Positions 1-7,084 of a stretch of 21,618 nt of DNA are shown here, one piece after another. A program made the position numbers and the translations under genes. Below the pieces are notes generated by a model. The model searched no databases. It worked only from the letters and a program-made list of their open reading frames with translations, and was not told the DNA's origin. The stretch comes from Methanomicrobiales archaeon (GTDB lineage Archaea > Halobacteriota > Methanomicrobia > Methanomicrobiales > Methanospirillaceae): positions 1 through 21,618 of the forward strand of contig JBAXJR010000039.1 in the NCBI GenBank assembly GCA_037137755.1, in the 5' to 3' direction. The stretch's first letter is position 1, and each line of letters starts with the position of its first letter.

Positions 1-536
1 TCGTAGGTCACAGAATCCAGTACCAGTTTTCGTACGCGTTCAGGGTGATCGATAACCAGTTGCTGGGAGACCGATGAACCCATCGAGACCCCGTATACAT
101 TCATGCTGTCATAGCCAAGTGCAGGAATCAGTTTTGCGGCATCATCTGCATAGAGTGCAATAGTGGGTGACCCATTATATTCGCTACTGTAGCCCATTCC
201 CCGGTGATCATAGGTATATACATGGTATTTCGAGGCGAGGATGCCAATGAACGTCTCATTCCAGTCATCAATGGTGTCCCCGAATCCCTGGGCCATCAGG
301 AGTGGTTCACCTGCTCCGAATTCCCGGTATCCCAGCGTAACTCCATTGACCTTTACGTATTGGACAGGGGTTGCGTTGAACGATACAGGCTGGGGCGCCC
401 TGATTACCGGAGTTACGGGTTGGCTGGTGACGGTACCGGGTGTGCCGGGGGTACCCGGGGCACTTGTACACCCTGCCGTCACGAGGAGGCAGATCATTAC
501 AGCGATTACCAGGGTTGAAATATGTGTCTTGTCCAT
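1..536 (-). CDS. Alpha/beta-fold hydrolase with lipoprotein-type signal peptide (partial; runs off the left edge)
   Basis: Not in the ORF track because it has no stop in the window. Manual translation from the ATG at 536 gives MDKTHISTLVIAVMICLLVTAGCTSAPGTPGTPGT...YVKVNGVTLGYREFGAGEPLLMAQGFG...YDHRGMGYS...YGVSMGSS...HPERVRKLVLDS. It has a G-x-S-x-G nucleophile elbow (GVSMG), a DHRGMG motif and a TAGC lipobox. Confidence 0.88.
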   Translation of the reverse strand, partial: MDKTHISTLVIAVMICLLVTAGCTSAPGTPGTPGTVTSQPVTPVIRAPQPVSFNATPVQYVKVNGVTLGYREFGAGEPLLMAQGFGDTIDDWNETFIGILASKYHVYTYDHRGMGYSSEYNGSPTIALYADDAAKLIPALGYDSMNVYGVSMGSSVSQQLVIDHPERVRKLVLDSVTY

Positions 537-699
537 GAACGATCCTCTTAACCGATTAATTGTGAAGTAACTTGTATTAACTATCAAAATTTAAAAGTTC
601 GGTTATTTTTTTGTATTTTTTGTTATCCCGGTGAACGGTGTACTATGTTAAAAAACTTTAAAAAACGATAAGAAAATTGGTATGAAAAAAGGATACAAA

Positions 700-740
700 A
701 AGCGAACACAGGCGTTCGTTGTGCGTACATTGGAACCGGT
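700..740 (+). repeat. Degenerate intergenic repeat, copy 0 (block A only)
   Basis: 713-730 CGTTCGTTGTGCGTACAT matches 2608-2625 CGTTCGTTTTGCGTACAT at 17/18. Both are followed shortly by CCGGT. This copy abuts the histidine kinase stop codon. Confidence 0.75.
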
Positions 741-2464
741 TATGATTTGATGCGATACATCCCAGTCGGCACGGTAATTTCGAAGCGTGCTCCTTCCCCG
801 TAAACACCTGTTTCTTCGATTCCGATACCCGTTATTGACATGATTTCCTGGATTAAAAACATGCCAAAACCCGTGTTTTTCCCAAAACCCCGTAAGAATA
901 TCTTACTTTTCTCGTCAGGTGGAATACCTCCTCCGTTATCCTCGTACAGTATTTTCAGGCAGTTCTCTCCTTGGATTGTTTTTAATGTAATCTTCGTTAC
1001 CTGCCTGCCATGCCTGATGGAGTTATCAATCAGGTTGTAAAATACCCTGTCGAGTAAAGGATCGGTAAAAATCTCCAGGTCAGTCAGATCGGAGGAAAAC
1101 ACAATCCCGCTGTCGGAAAACGACTTGCAAGCATTTTCAAAGGATACCAATGGGTTCAACCATACCGGTTTATGGAGCCCGAGTTCCTGGTAATCGCGTG
1201 TGAAATGGAGCAAATCTTTTATTTTAACCGATGCATTCTGTCCTTTCTTTATATAATCAAGTTTAATCTTGTCGTTCTCATTCGTCTCCAGGATATCCAG
1301 GTACCCTATAATGATGGTGAGCTGGTTGAGAATATCATGCCGGGTAATGCTGGAAAGGAGTTGTAATTTTTGGTTATAAGTCTTTAATGCCTCCTCGGCA
1401 TGCTTTTTCTCGGTGATATCCCGGAAATTCAGTATTCTCCCAATTATTTCACTGTTAACCCGGTATGGGGTGATAGTTACGTCGTAAATACGTCCTGTAC
1501 TGAATGCAAGTGTGGTTTCCAGCGTTTGTTCAGTTGAAGAGGTGTCGTGGATTAAAGTGTGCTCCAGTAATTCCTGGTTAGTTACCTGATTTTTAATAAG
1601 AACCACGATGTTGATTTTATTATCATACATATCACGATGACCGGATATGTCCAGGATATGGTCAGCAGCAGTGTTGGAATCCCTGATCATACCCTCAAAA
1701 TCAACTACGACGATACCGTCCGGGGAAGATTCAATGGTCGCATTTTTCAATGCGTTTGTCTTTTCGAGATCGTAAGTACGTTCCTGAACAAGCGCTTCAA
1801 GGTGTTCTTTGTAAGAAATTAATTCGTATTCACCCTCTTTCCTCCTGTCAATCGACTGGGTGAGTGCTCCAAGGACCAGCAATCCGAAAAAGATAAGACC
1901 AAAAACCTGAATCTTGTCCAACAGCGAAACCAGGTTTGTTTGAGATCCTGCTGGAGGATACAGGAAAAAGGCACTTATCGTTATAGCTGATACCAGCAGC
2001 GAGAAAAAGACCAGTTCTCCAGGGTAGGATATTGGAAATAAATTTCGTTTCTTTATAAAAAAAACTGAGATACTGGCAATAAACGTCCCTATTATGAGAA
2101 ATATGTCTGGTGGTGATATGGTCCCATGCTGGAGAAGGAATATTGAAATAAGGAAAATACACGTTGTGATCCCGGCGGATAGTATTCCGCCCACAAATCC
2201 CGCAAGTGGGATAATGATACCATTTATGCCCATTCCCGTCTGTTGTGCCCCTGACTGGGAGATCAGGACTGCAGTCAATGCAGCAAAACCAAAAAGAATC
2301 CCAACAATGACCCGGAAAGCATTTTTTTTCAGGAGGAATATCCTGTCAGGGATGAAATTATAAAAAAAGACGATCAGGATTAATAAGGCAATACTCTGAA
2401 TCCCGCTCTGGTATAACCCAAGTAACTGTGAACCATATGCCTGGGGTGCAAACGCCGGATCCAT
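740..2464 (-). CDS. Membrane sensor histidine kinase (multi-TM LytS/5TM-like N-terminus, PAS-like domain, HisKA, HATPase_c)
   Basis: About 200 hydrophobic N-terminal residues, then a coiled coil (LEALVQERT) and a PAS-like region (SSPDGIVVVD...FRDITEKK). H-box TRHDILNQL, N-box NLIDNSIRHG, G1 DNGGGIP, G2 GFGKNTGFGM. ATG 2464 is preferred over TTG 2470 because AGAGGA lies 7 nt upstream. Confidence 0.93.
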   Translation of the reverse strand: MDPAFAPQAYGSQLLGLYQSGIQSIALLILIVFFYNFIPDRIFLLKKNAFRVIVGILFGFAALTAVLISQSGAQQTGMGINGIIIPLAGFVGGILSAGITTCIFLISIFLLQHGTISPPDIFLIIGTFIASISVFFIKKRNLFPISYPGELVFFSLLVSAITISAFFLYPPAGSQTNLVSLLDKIQVFGLIFFGLLVLGALTQSIDRRKEGEYELISYKEHLEALVQERTYDLEKTNALKNATIESSPDGIVVVDFEGMIRDSNTAADHILDISGHRDMYDNKINIVVLIKNQVTNQELLEHTLIHDTSSTEQTLETTLAFSTGRIYDVTITPYRVNSEIIGRILNFRDITEKKHAEEALKTYNQKLQLLSSITRHDILNQLTIIIGYLDILETNENDKIKLDYIKKGQNASVKIKDLLHFTRDYQELGLHKPVWLNPLVSFENACKSFSDSGIVFSSDLTDLEIFTDPLLDRVFYNLIDNSIRHGRQVTKITLKTIQGENCLKILYEDNGGGIPPDEKSKIFLRGFGKNTGFGMFLIQEIMSITGIGIEETGVYGEGARFEITVPTGMYRIKS

Positions 2465-2589
2465 ATCCAAATCCTCTGTTTAACATATTATGGAAGGATT
2501 TTTGATACAACTAATATAGATCTCCATTATATTATAGTACCTTGAGCTAAATAGGGTGGTGCTCAGGATACGAATATAAAAAAATCAGG

Positions 2590-2708
2590 TAAAACGCGGA
2601 GCAGATACGTTCGTTTTGCGTACATAGTCCGGTATTTATTGCACCTCCACGCTCATGAATCTGCTAACCGGTGATTTCATCAGGGTTCCTGCATATTTTT
2701 TATTTAAT
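2590..2708 (+). repeat. Degenerate intergenic repeat, copy 1 (block A + 13-bp spacer + block B)
   Basis: Block A 2608-2625 and block B 2639-2704 (TTGCACCTCCACGCTCATGAATCTGCTAACCGGTGATTTCATCAGGGTTCCTGCATATTTTTTATT). Block B is 51/66 identical, ungapped, to 5966-6031. Confidence 0.85.
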
Positions 2709-2802
2709 CTGGAGAATTTTAATATTGGACACTGTTAATTGAGATATTCTACAACTATCGTAATAGTCAGTGGGCCTTCCATAAAAGTAACTCAATTCAG
2801 TT

Positions 2803-3552
2803 CTATTTTCTCGCAGCAATGAGGTAATATGTCTTACCGGGTGCAAATCGCCGGTACCAGGGCTGTTGTGGTTTCTGCATGTCCTGGATGTACATTAAAT
2901 CCCGGTAGCGGATACCGGTGAATCCGGCGTTTTCCAAGTCGGATACCATTGTTTCCTTCGGTACTCCCCCATCATAGGGGAGCTGGCTCCTGAGTTTTTC
3001 ATCATAATGGCCGCCATGGGTGTGACCGAAAATCTTTGCCAGCCCGTCGCTCACTATCCGCTTCGCCCGGATTGAAACGCTATTATCCTTCCAGATACCC
3101 TCGATGATGAGGACAACACCCCCTTTTTTTAATACACGGTGCCATTCCTCCAGGGCAATCTCCGGGTGAGGGAGTGTCCAGACGAGGTGCCGGTTGACAA
3201 CCACGTCAAAAGATCCGTCATCGAACGGAAGGTGTTCGGCATCCCCCGTCCTCAGCTCAATCGGAAGGTTATGTGCATCTGCTTTCTCGCGTGCTTTTGC
3301 AATCATCGCTTCCGAAAGGTCGACCCCGGTAACCTGGTGTCCCATCTCGGCAAACAGGAGGCCTATAACAGCTGTTCCGCACCCTACATCGAGTACCCTT
3401 TGTGGCGATACTGGTATGTTCCGGGCCAGTTCCTGTTTCCATGCGACTTTCTCCGCCTCAGTCCCGATCCCGTGGCCCGGACAGCTGTCATACATAACTG
3501 AGGAGTGGTCCCAGCTCTTCCGGACTGCATCCTTGATCTCATGGTCAATCAT
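2803..3552 (-). CDS. Class I SAM-dependent methyltransferase (UbiE/Methyltransf_11-like)
   Basis: Motif I VLDVGCGTA, post-I GVDLSEAM, motif II GDAEHLPFDDGSFDVV, motif III RVLKKGG; 249 aa. Confidence 0.93.
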   Translation of the reverse strand: MIDHEIKDAVRKSWDHSSVMYDSCPGHGIGTEAEKVAWKQELARNIPVSPQRVLDVGCGTAVIGLLFAEMGHQVTGVDLSEAMIAKAREKADAHNLPIELRTGDAEHLPFDDGSFDVVVNRHLVWTLPHPEIALEEWHRVLKKGGVVLIIEGIWKDNSVSIRAKRIVSDGLAKIFGHTHGGHYDEKLRSQLPYDGGVPKETMVSDLENAGFTGIRYRDLMYIQDMQKPQQPWYRRFAPGKTYYLIAARK

Positions 3553-3707
3553 ACTGATACCTTAATGGTGTATGGTCAATTTTTTATGATTATTTTGAGA
3601 ATCCAGATAAATATTCCCTGGATCTCTCTTCTATACCGGGTCCGGGTTATCCCGGTCGGTGATTGTATCCATCGTTTAGATGTTTTCTCTGATAGGGTAA
3701 AAACCAC

Positions 3708-3826
3708 TAATAACCGGAGATGAGTGTTCTTATTGCATACCTTGCACTTTTGAAATTGTACCTATATGCTCATCAATCTGCCATTCAGGGAATTGATCCA
3801 CGTTTTCTGGCCCGGTTTTTCATTTA
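3708..3826 (+). repeat. Degenerate intergenic repeat, copy 2 (block A + 13-bp spacer + block B)
   Basis: 3725-3742 TGTTCTTATTGCATACCT is 13/18 identical to block A. 3756-3798 TTGTACCTATATGCTCATCAATCTGCCATTCAGGGAATTGATC is 31/43 identical to block B of both copy 1 and copy 3. The A-B spacing (13 bp) is the same as in copy 1. Confidence 0.75.
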
Positions 3827-4016
3827 TCCGCGCAATAAGGTCAGGCATCTTTTGGTTTTGTAAGACATCTCGTCTTCCGGCTCGGCCCGGAGTTTTGTTA
3901 CGGCCCATGTCAGTTTTCACCTAACCTGTGGCTCTGGATACGCACCGGCATCATATAGAGAGTACTGCCCAAACATAACCAGGATCCCCTTCCATTTCGC
4001 ACCGTTATTTCTCTTG

Positions 4017-4978
4017 TTACCCGAGTATCGCGTTGAAAAGTAACCCGGTCAGTGTAATGGCAACAAACAGGATTCCAACAAATATTGCAATCAATTTGAT
4101 CTTAATTACCCGCCTGAGAATAATCATCTCCGGAAGTGAGAGGCCGACGACCGCCATCATAAAGGCGAGGGCAGTCCCGATGGCCATACCTTTCGAGGTA
4201 AGTACCTGCATGATCGGGAGCATCCCGGCAGCATTCGAGTAGAGAGGGATTCCTATCAGCACGGCAATAGGGACTGCAAGGGGATTATCAGGTCCCGCGA
4301 TATTCAATAGGAAATCTTCCGGGGCATATCCGTGAATTATCGCACCAATGGCGATACCGATGAGGATATAGGGCAGGACTTTGAGGGTGATACTTTAGAC
4401 TCAACAACGGCAAAGTCGAACCGGTCCCGCCATGTCATCGTTTTATCGGGTTGGTCATACATCTTGCATTTGTAAACAAACTCTTCGACCTGGCTTTCAA
4501 GGCGGAGCCGCCCGATAATAATTCCTGCAACAATTGCAATGATCAGGCCTGATACAATGTATAGCGCTGCAATCTGCCAGCCGAATAATGCGAACAGCAT
4601 TGCAACCGCAACCTCATTGATCATTGGTGAGGAAATCAGGAACGAGAAGGTAATCCCTAATGGCACACCCGATTCAACGAACCCGATAAACAGTGGGACC
4701 GCGGAACAGGAGCAGAACGGTGTCGGGATCCCGAGCAACGCCGCAAGAACATTTCCAACACCTTCAGTCCTCCCGCCGACCAATTTTTTCACCTTCTGCG
4801 GGGTGATGTAGGTTCTGATGATCCCCACAATGAATACGATGATCGCGAGGAGCGCAGTAACCTTGATTGAATCATAGATGAAGAAATTGACCGACGACGC
4901 AAGCGGACTTCCTGCAGTCATTCCCAATACCGTGTACGTCAGCCAGTCGGCAAACTGCTGCAGGTAATCCGGGATCAT
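4017..4978 (-). pseudogene. arsP: ArsP/DUF318-family permease split by a single-base frameshift near 4394 (pseudogene or sequencing error)
   Basis: The N-terminal part (4337-4978) has TPFCSCSAVP and FLISSPMINE. The C-terminal part continues in another frame as ITLKVLPYILIGIAIGAIIHGYAPEDFL...GIPLYSNAAG...GLSLPEMIILRRV to the stop at 4017. Adding one base at GAG TCT AAA [+1]GT ATC ACC restores a 320-aa protein. Confidence 0.85.
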
Positions 4979-5038
4979 AAAATGATAACTTCCCCATGAA
5001 ATGTTGATTCATCCAAAGTACTGTTCCCCGATTGCGTA

Positions 5039-5428
5039 CTATACGCACTGACTTTTCACTGCATTGACGACCATTTCAAGATCACACTCATCAAATACCG
5101 GTCCCGGAACTTTTTCAATGCCAAGGTCTGTGATAACCACATAGTCATCAATGGTAAGCCCCTGTGCCACCATAATTTTCTTTCCACAGGCAAGAGGGCA
5201 GCCATCGATGACAATCCGCCGGTCTGCTGCTTTTCCTAATCCCATAAGTTTTTCTACGGACCCACCTATACCTGCGAGACACGATCCGCTTCCGAATCCT
5301 TCATTTGTCAGGCGGCAGGCCGCAGCGTTTGATAATTGTCCAACGTTCGACCCCAGGCCGGAACAGGAATAAATTATGGTGGTTTTTCCTTCCGATCCAC
5401 AGTTACAGGATGATTGTTGCTGGTTCAT
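5039..5428 (-). CDS. DGC-domain putative zinc-binding protein
   Basis: Motifs YSCSGLGSNVGQ, SCLAGIG and IDGCPLACG. The likely start is ATG 5428 (MNQQQSSCNCGS), because the longer ORF-track start at 5488 overlaps the promoter region. Confidence 0.88.
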   Translation of the reverse strand: MNQQQSSCNCGSEGKTTIIYSCSGLGSNVGQLSNAAACRLTNEGFGSGSCLAGIGGSVEKLMGLGKAADRRIVIDGCPLACGKKIMVAQGLTIDDYVVITDLGIEKVPGPVFDECDLEMVVNAVKSQCV

Positions 5429-5440
5429 GTAAATCACGGT

Positions 5441-5456
5441 TTCAACTTTTATTGAA
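5441..5456. promoter_or_regulatory. Candidate ArsR operator 1 (TTCAA-N6-TTGAA, i.e. TTCA-N8-TGAA)
   Basis: Palindrome TTCAA CTTTTA TTGAA in the 76-bp divergent intergenic region, just upstream of the DGC gene start. Confidence 0.55.
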
Positions 5457-5485
5457 GTCTTGATGTAAAGAGTAATATATTTTAT

Positions 5486-5507
5486 CATTTCATATATTTT
5501 TGAAATG
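5486..5507. promoter_or_regulatory. Candidate ArsR operator 2 (CATTTCA-N8-TGAAATG) overlapping the arsR start codon
   Basis: Perfect 7-bp inverted repeat with the same TTCA-N8-TGAA core as 5441-5456. An AT-rich TATA-like stretch (TAATATATTT, about 5473-5482) lies between the two sites. Confidence 0.6.
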
Positions 5508-5933
5508 ACGGGGCCGATGGTAAAAGAAATATTAACAATTCCACCTGTTATCCAGGAAGAACTGGACAGGAGAGGTGGGTTGAACGGATTGATTTCACGG
5601 CTTCCTGACGACCAGGAACTTCAAAATCTTGTCGAGGTCCACCATGCCCTTTCTGACCTGATCAGGATGAAGATCCTTCATCTTCTCACCTCTCAACCGC
5701 TTTGTGTTTGTGTAATCAGGGAAATTATTGGAATTTCTGATTCTAACCTATCATATCATCTTAATGTACTGAAAAAAGCAGGCATAATCGTTGGAGAACA
5801 ACAAGGGAGCTGGATAATATATAGTCTCACCGAAAGGGGAAAGAAATACAGCATTGTCGCGCAGGATTCTGATAAGGTGGTCCATGAATCCAGACTTATG
5901 TGCTACAATGAACCCCGGAAGAATAAGAAGTAG
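5505..5933 (+). CDS. arsR: ArsR/SmtB-family metalloregulatory transcription factor
   Basis: HALSDLIRMKILHLL...PLCVCVIRE (a CVC site like the ArsR ELCVCDL motif) and SNLSYHLNVLKKAGII...GSWIIYSLT winged HTH. Divergent from DGC-arsP. Confidence 0.9.
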   Translation: MTGPMVKEILTIPPVIQEELDRRGGLNGLISRLPDDQELQNLVEVHHALSDLIRMKILHLLTSQPLCVCVIREIIGISDSNLSYHLNVLKKAGIIVGEQQGSWIIYSLTERGKKYSIVAQDSDKVVHESRLMCYNEPRKNKK

Positions 5934-5965
5934 ATTATTGAAATAGGTAGTAAGTTGAGTACTCG

Positions 5966-6031
5966 TTGCATCTGTAAGCCAATTAATCTGCTAATCAGGG
6001 ATTTCGTCAGGTTTCCAGCACATTTCTTATT
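5966..6031 (+). repeat. Degenerate intergenic repeat, copy 3 (block B only)
   Basis: TTGCATCTGTAAGCCAATTAATCTGCTAATCAGGGATTTCGTCAGGTTTCCAGCACATTTCTTATT is 51/66 identical to 2639-2704 with no gaps. Confidence 0.85.
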
Positions 6032-6116
6032 CTTGTTCATCCCGGCATCCGGCGGTTTGAAAATAATACATCTGGTTCATATCCCTGGCTGCTCATAATG
6101 AACGATTGACTACATT

Positions 6117-6458
6117 ATGAATCAGCCACCTGATGTCCCGGTTATTATCCTCTCCACTGCATCTCCTGACAATGCGAAGACCATTGCGCGAGCCCTCGTA
6201 GAAGAAAGGATTGCCGCGTGCGTGAACATGACCGGAATTTCGTCATATTACCACTGGAAAGGGGAATTCTGCGATGATGCCGAGACCCTCCTGATTATCA
6301 AGACAATGGATTCCAGAAAGAGCGAGGTGATGGACGCCATCCGCCGCCTCCATACGTACGAACTCCCTGAAATGATTGTAATTCCCATTACCGGGGGTTT
6401 TCCTCCGTACCTGGCTTGGCTTAACGATGAACTGGCGAAGGATAGTCCGTCCGGCTGA
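6117..6458 (+). CDS. cutA: Divalent-cation tolerance protein CutA
   Basis: IARALVEERIAACVN, SYYHWKGE, ETLLIIKT, LHTYELPEMI and YLAWL are canonical CutA motifs; 113 aa. Confidence 0.95.
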   Translation: MNQPPDVPVIILSTASPDNAKTIARALVEERIAACVNMTGISSYYHWKGEFCDDAETLLIIKTMDSRKSEVMDAIRRLHTYELPEMIVIPITGGFPPYLAWLNDELAKDSPSG

Positions 6459-6604
6459 TATCCGGATGGGGGAATCCTTCTGCGCAGTGTAGTGTATCCG
6501 GTCCGCTGCGTGTAACATCGGTACGCATGATAGTACCCCCGGCCGGGCATAACTCGCACTATTGAAATAGACGGAGCCCGCTAGTTTAGATAAGGTAGAT
6601 TGAA

Positions 6605-7084
6605 TTGCCGGATACGAAAACAGGGCCGCATGATGCGCTCCTTCTCCTCGGGTGCCCGCAGGTACCGATACAGACAAGTGTGGCATTATACCTCGCCAGT
6701 AAGCTCCGCAAGCAGGGAATTACTACGGTGATTACCGGGAACAGGGCAGCGAGAACTAACATCGAAGTCGCTGATCCCGACCGCCATTATATCGGTGAGG
6801 TTACCGATATAGACCGGATTATTGCACAGCTGGCAGAGAAAAAGCGGGACTTTCATTTTTGTTTTTCGTTCATCCATAACGATGCCGGCCTTTCCTATGC
6901 AGCAACGGTAAAGGCGATTTCACCGGCCGCCCAGATCCTGATTATCTTTGGCGAGCATTACCAGGAAGTGGCCTCCTCGGTGGATTTTCCTGCCGAAATA
7001 ATTGCAGTAAATGCCGTGCATAACCCGATGCCATTGAAGGCTAAAATAGACGAGGTGTTCCCATGGGTTGTCTCGAATCTATGA
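6605..7084 (+). CDS. DUF1890-family methanogen protein
   Basis: LLLLGCPQVPIQTS, VADPDRHY, FIHNDAGLSY and AVHNPMPL resemble the methanogen DUF1890 family. TTG start; overlaps the next gene. Confidence 0.8.
   Translation: MPDTKTGPHDALLLLGCPQVPIQTSVALYLASKLRKQGITTVITGNRAARTNIEVADPDRHYIGEVTDIDRIIAQLAEKKRDFHFCFSFIHNDAGLSYAATVKAISPAAQILIIFGEHYQEVASSVDFPAEIIAVNAVHNPMPLKAKIDEVFPWVVSNL

Noticed and set aside
204-570. Plus-strand ORFs 204..518 and 241..570
   Set aside because: They are antisense shadows of the minus-strand alpha/beta hydrolase, which has clear motifs.
625-655. CTATGTTAAAA resembling a XerD arm of a dif site (similar text on the minus strand near 2479-2490)
   Set aside because: There is no matching inverted arm at 6-bp spacing, and it is more simply explained as AT-rich promoter sequence.
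2655-2685. Minus-strand CTGATGA / CTGACGA followed by an AATC...GATT stem, suggesting a hammerhead ribozyme or C/D box RNA
   Set aside because: The required GAAA after stem II is missing, there is no convincing box D arrangement, and copy 2 lacks the motif.
2803-3552. Methyltransferase as ArsM (arsenite methyltransferase) because it is near arsP/arsR
   Set aside because: It has only two Cys and lacks the ArsM SNCV-type and C-terminal cysteines. It is also separated from arsP by about 460 bp and a repeat copy.
700-6031. The repeats read as integron attC sites or a CRISPR array
   Set aside because: There are no complementary RYYYAAC/GTTRRRY ends or long attC hairpin. The copies are 1-2 kb apart and divergent, and no intI or cas gene is present.
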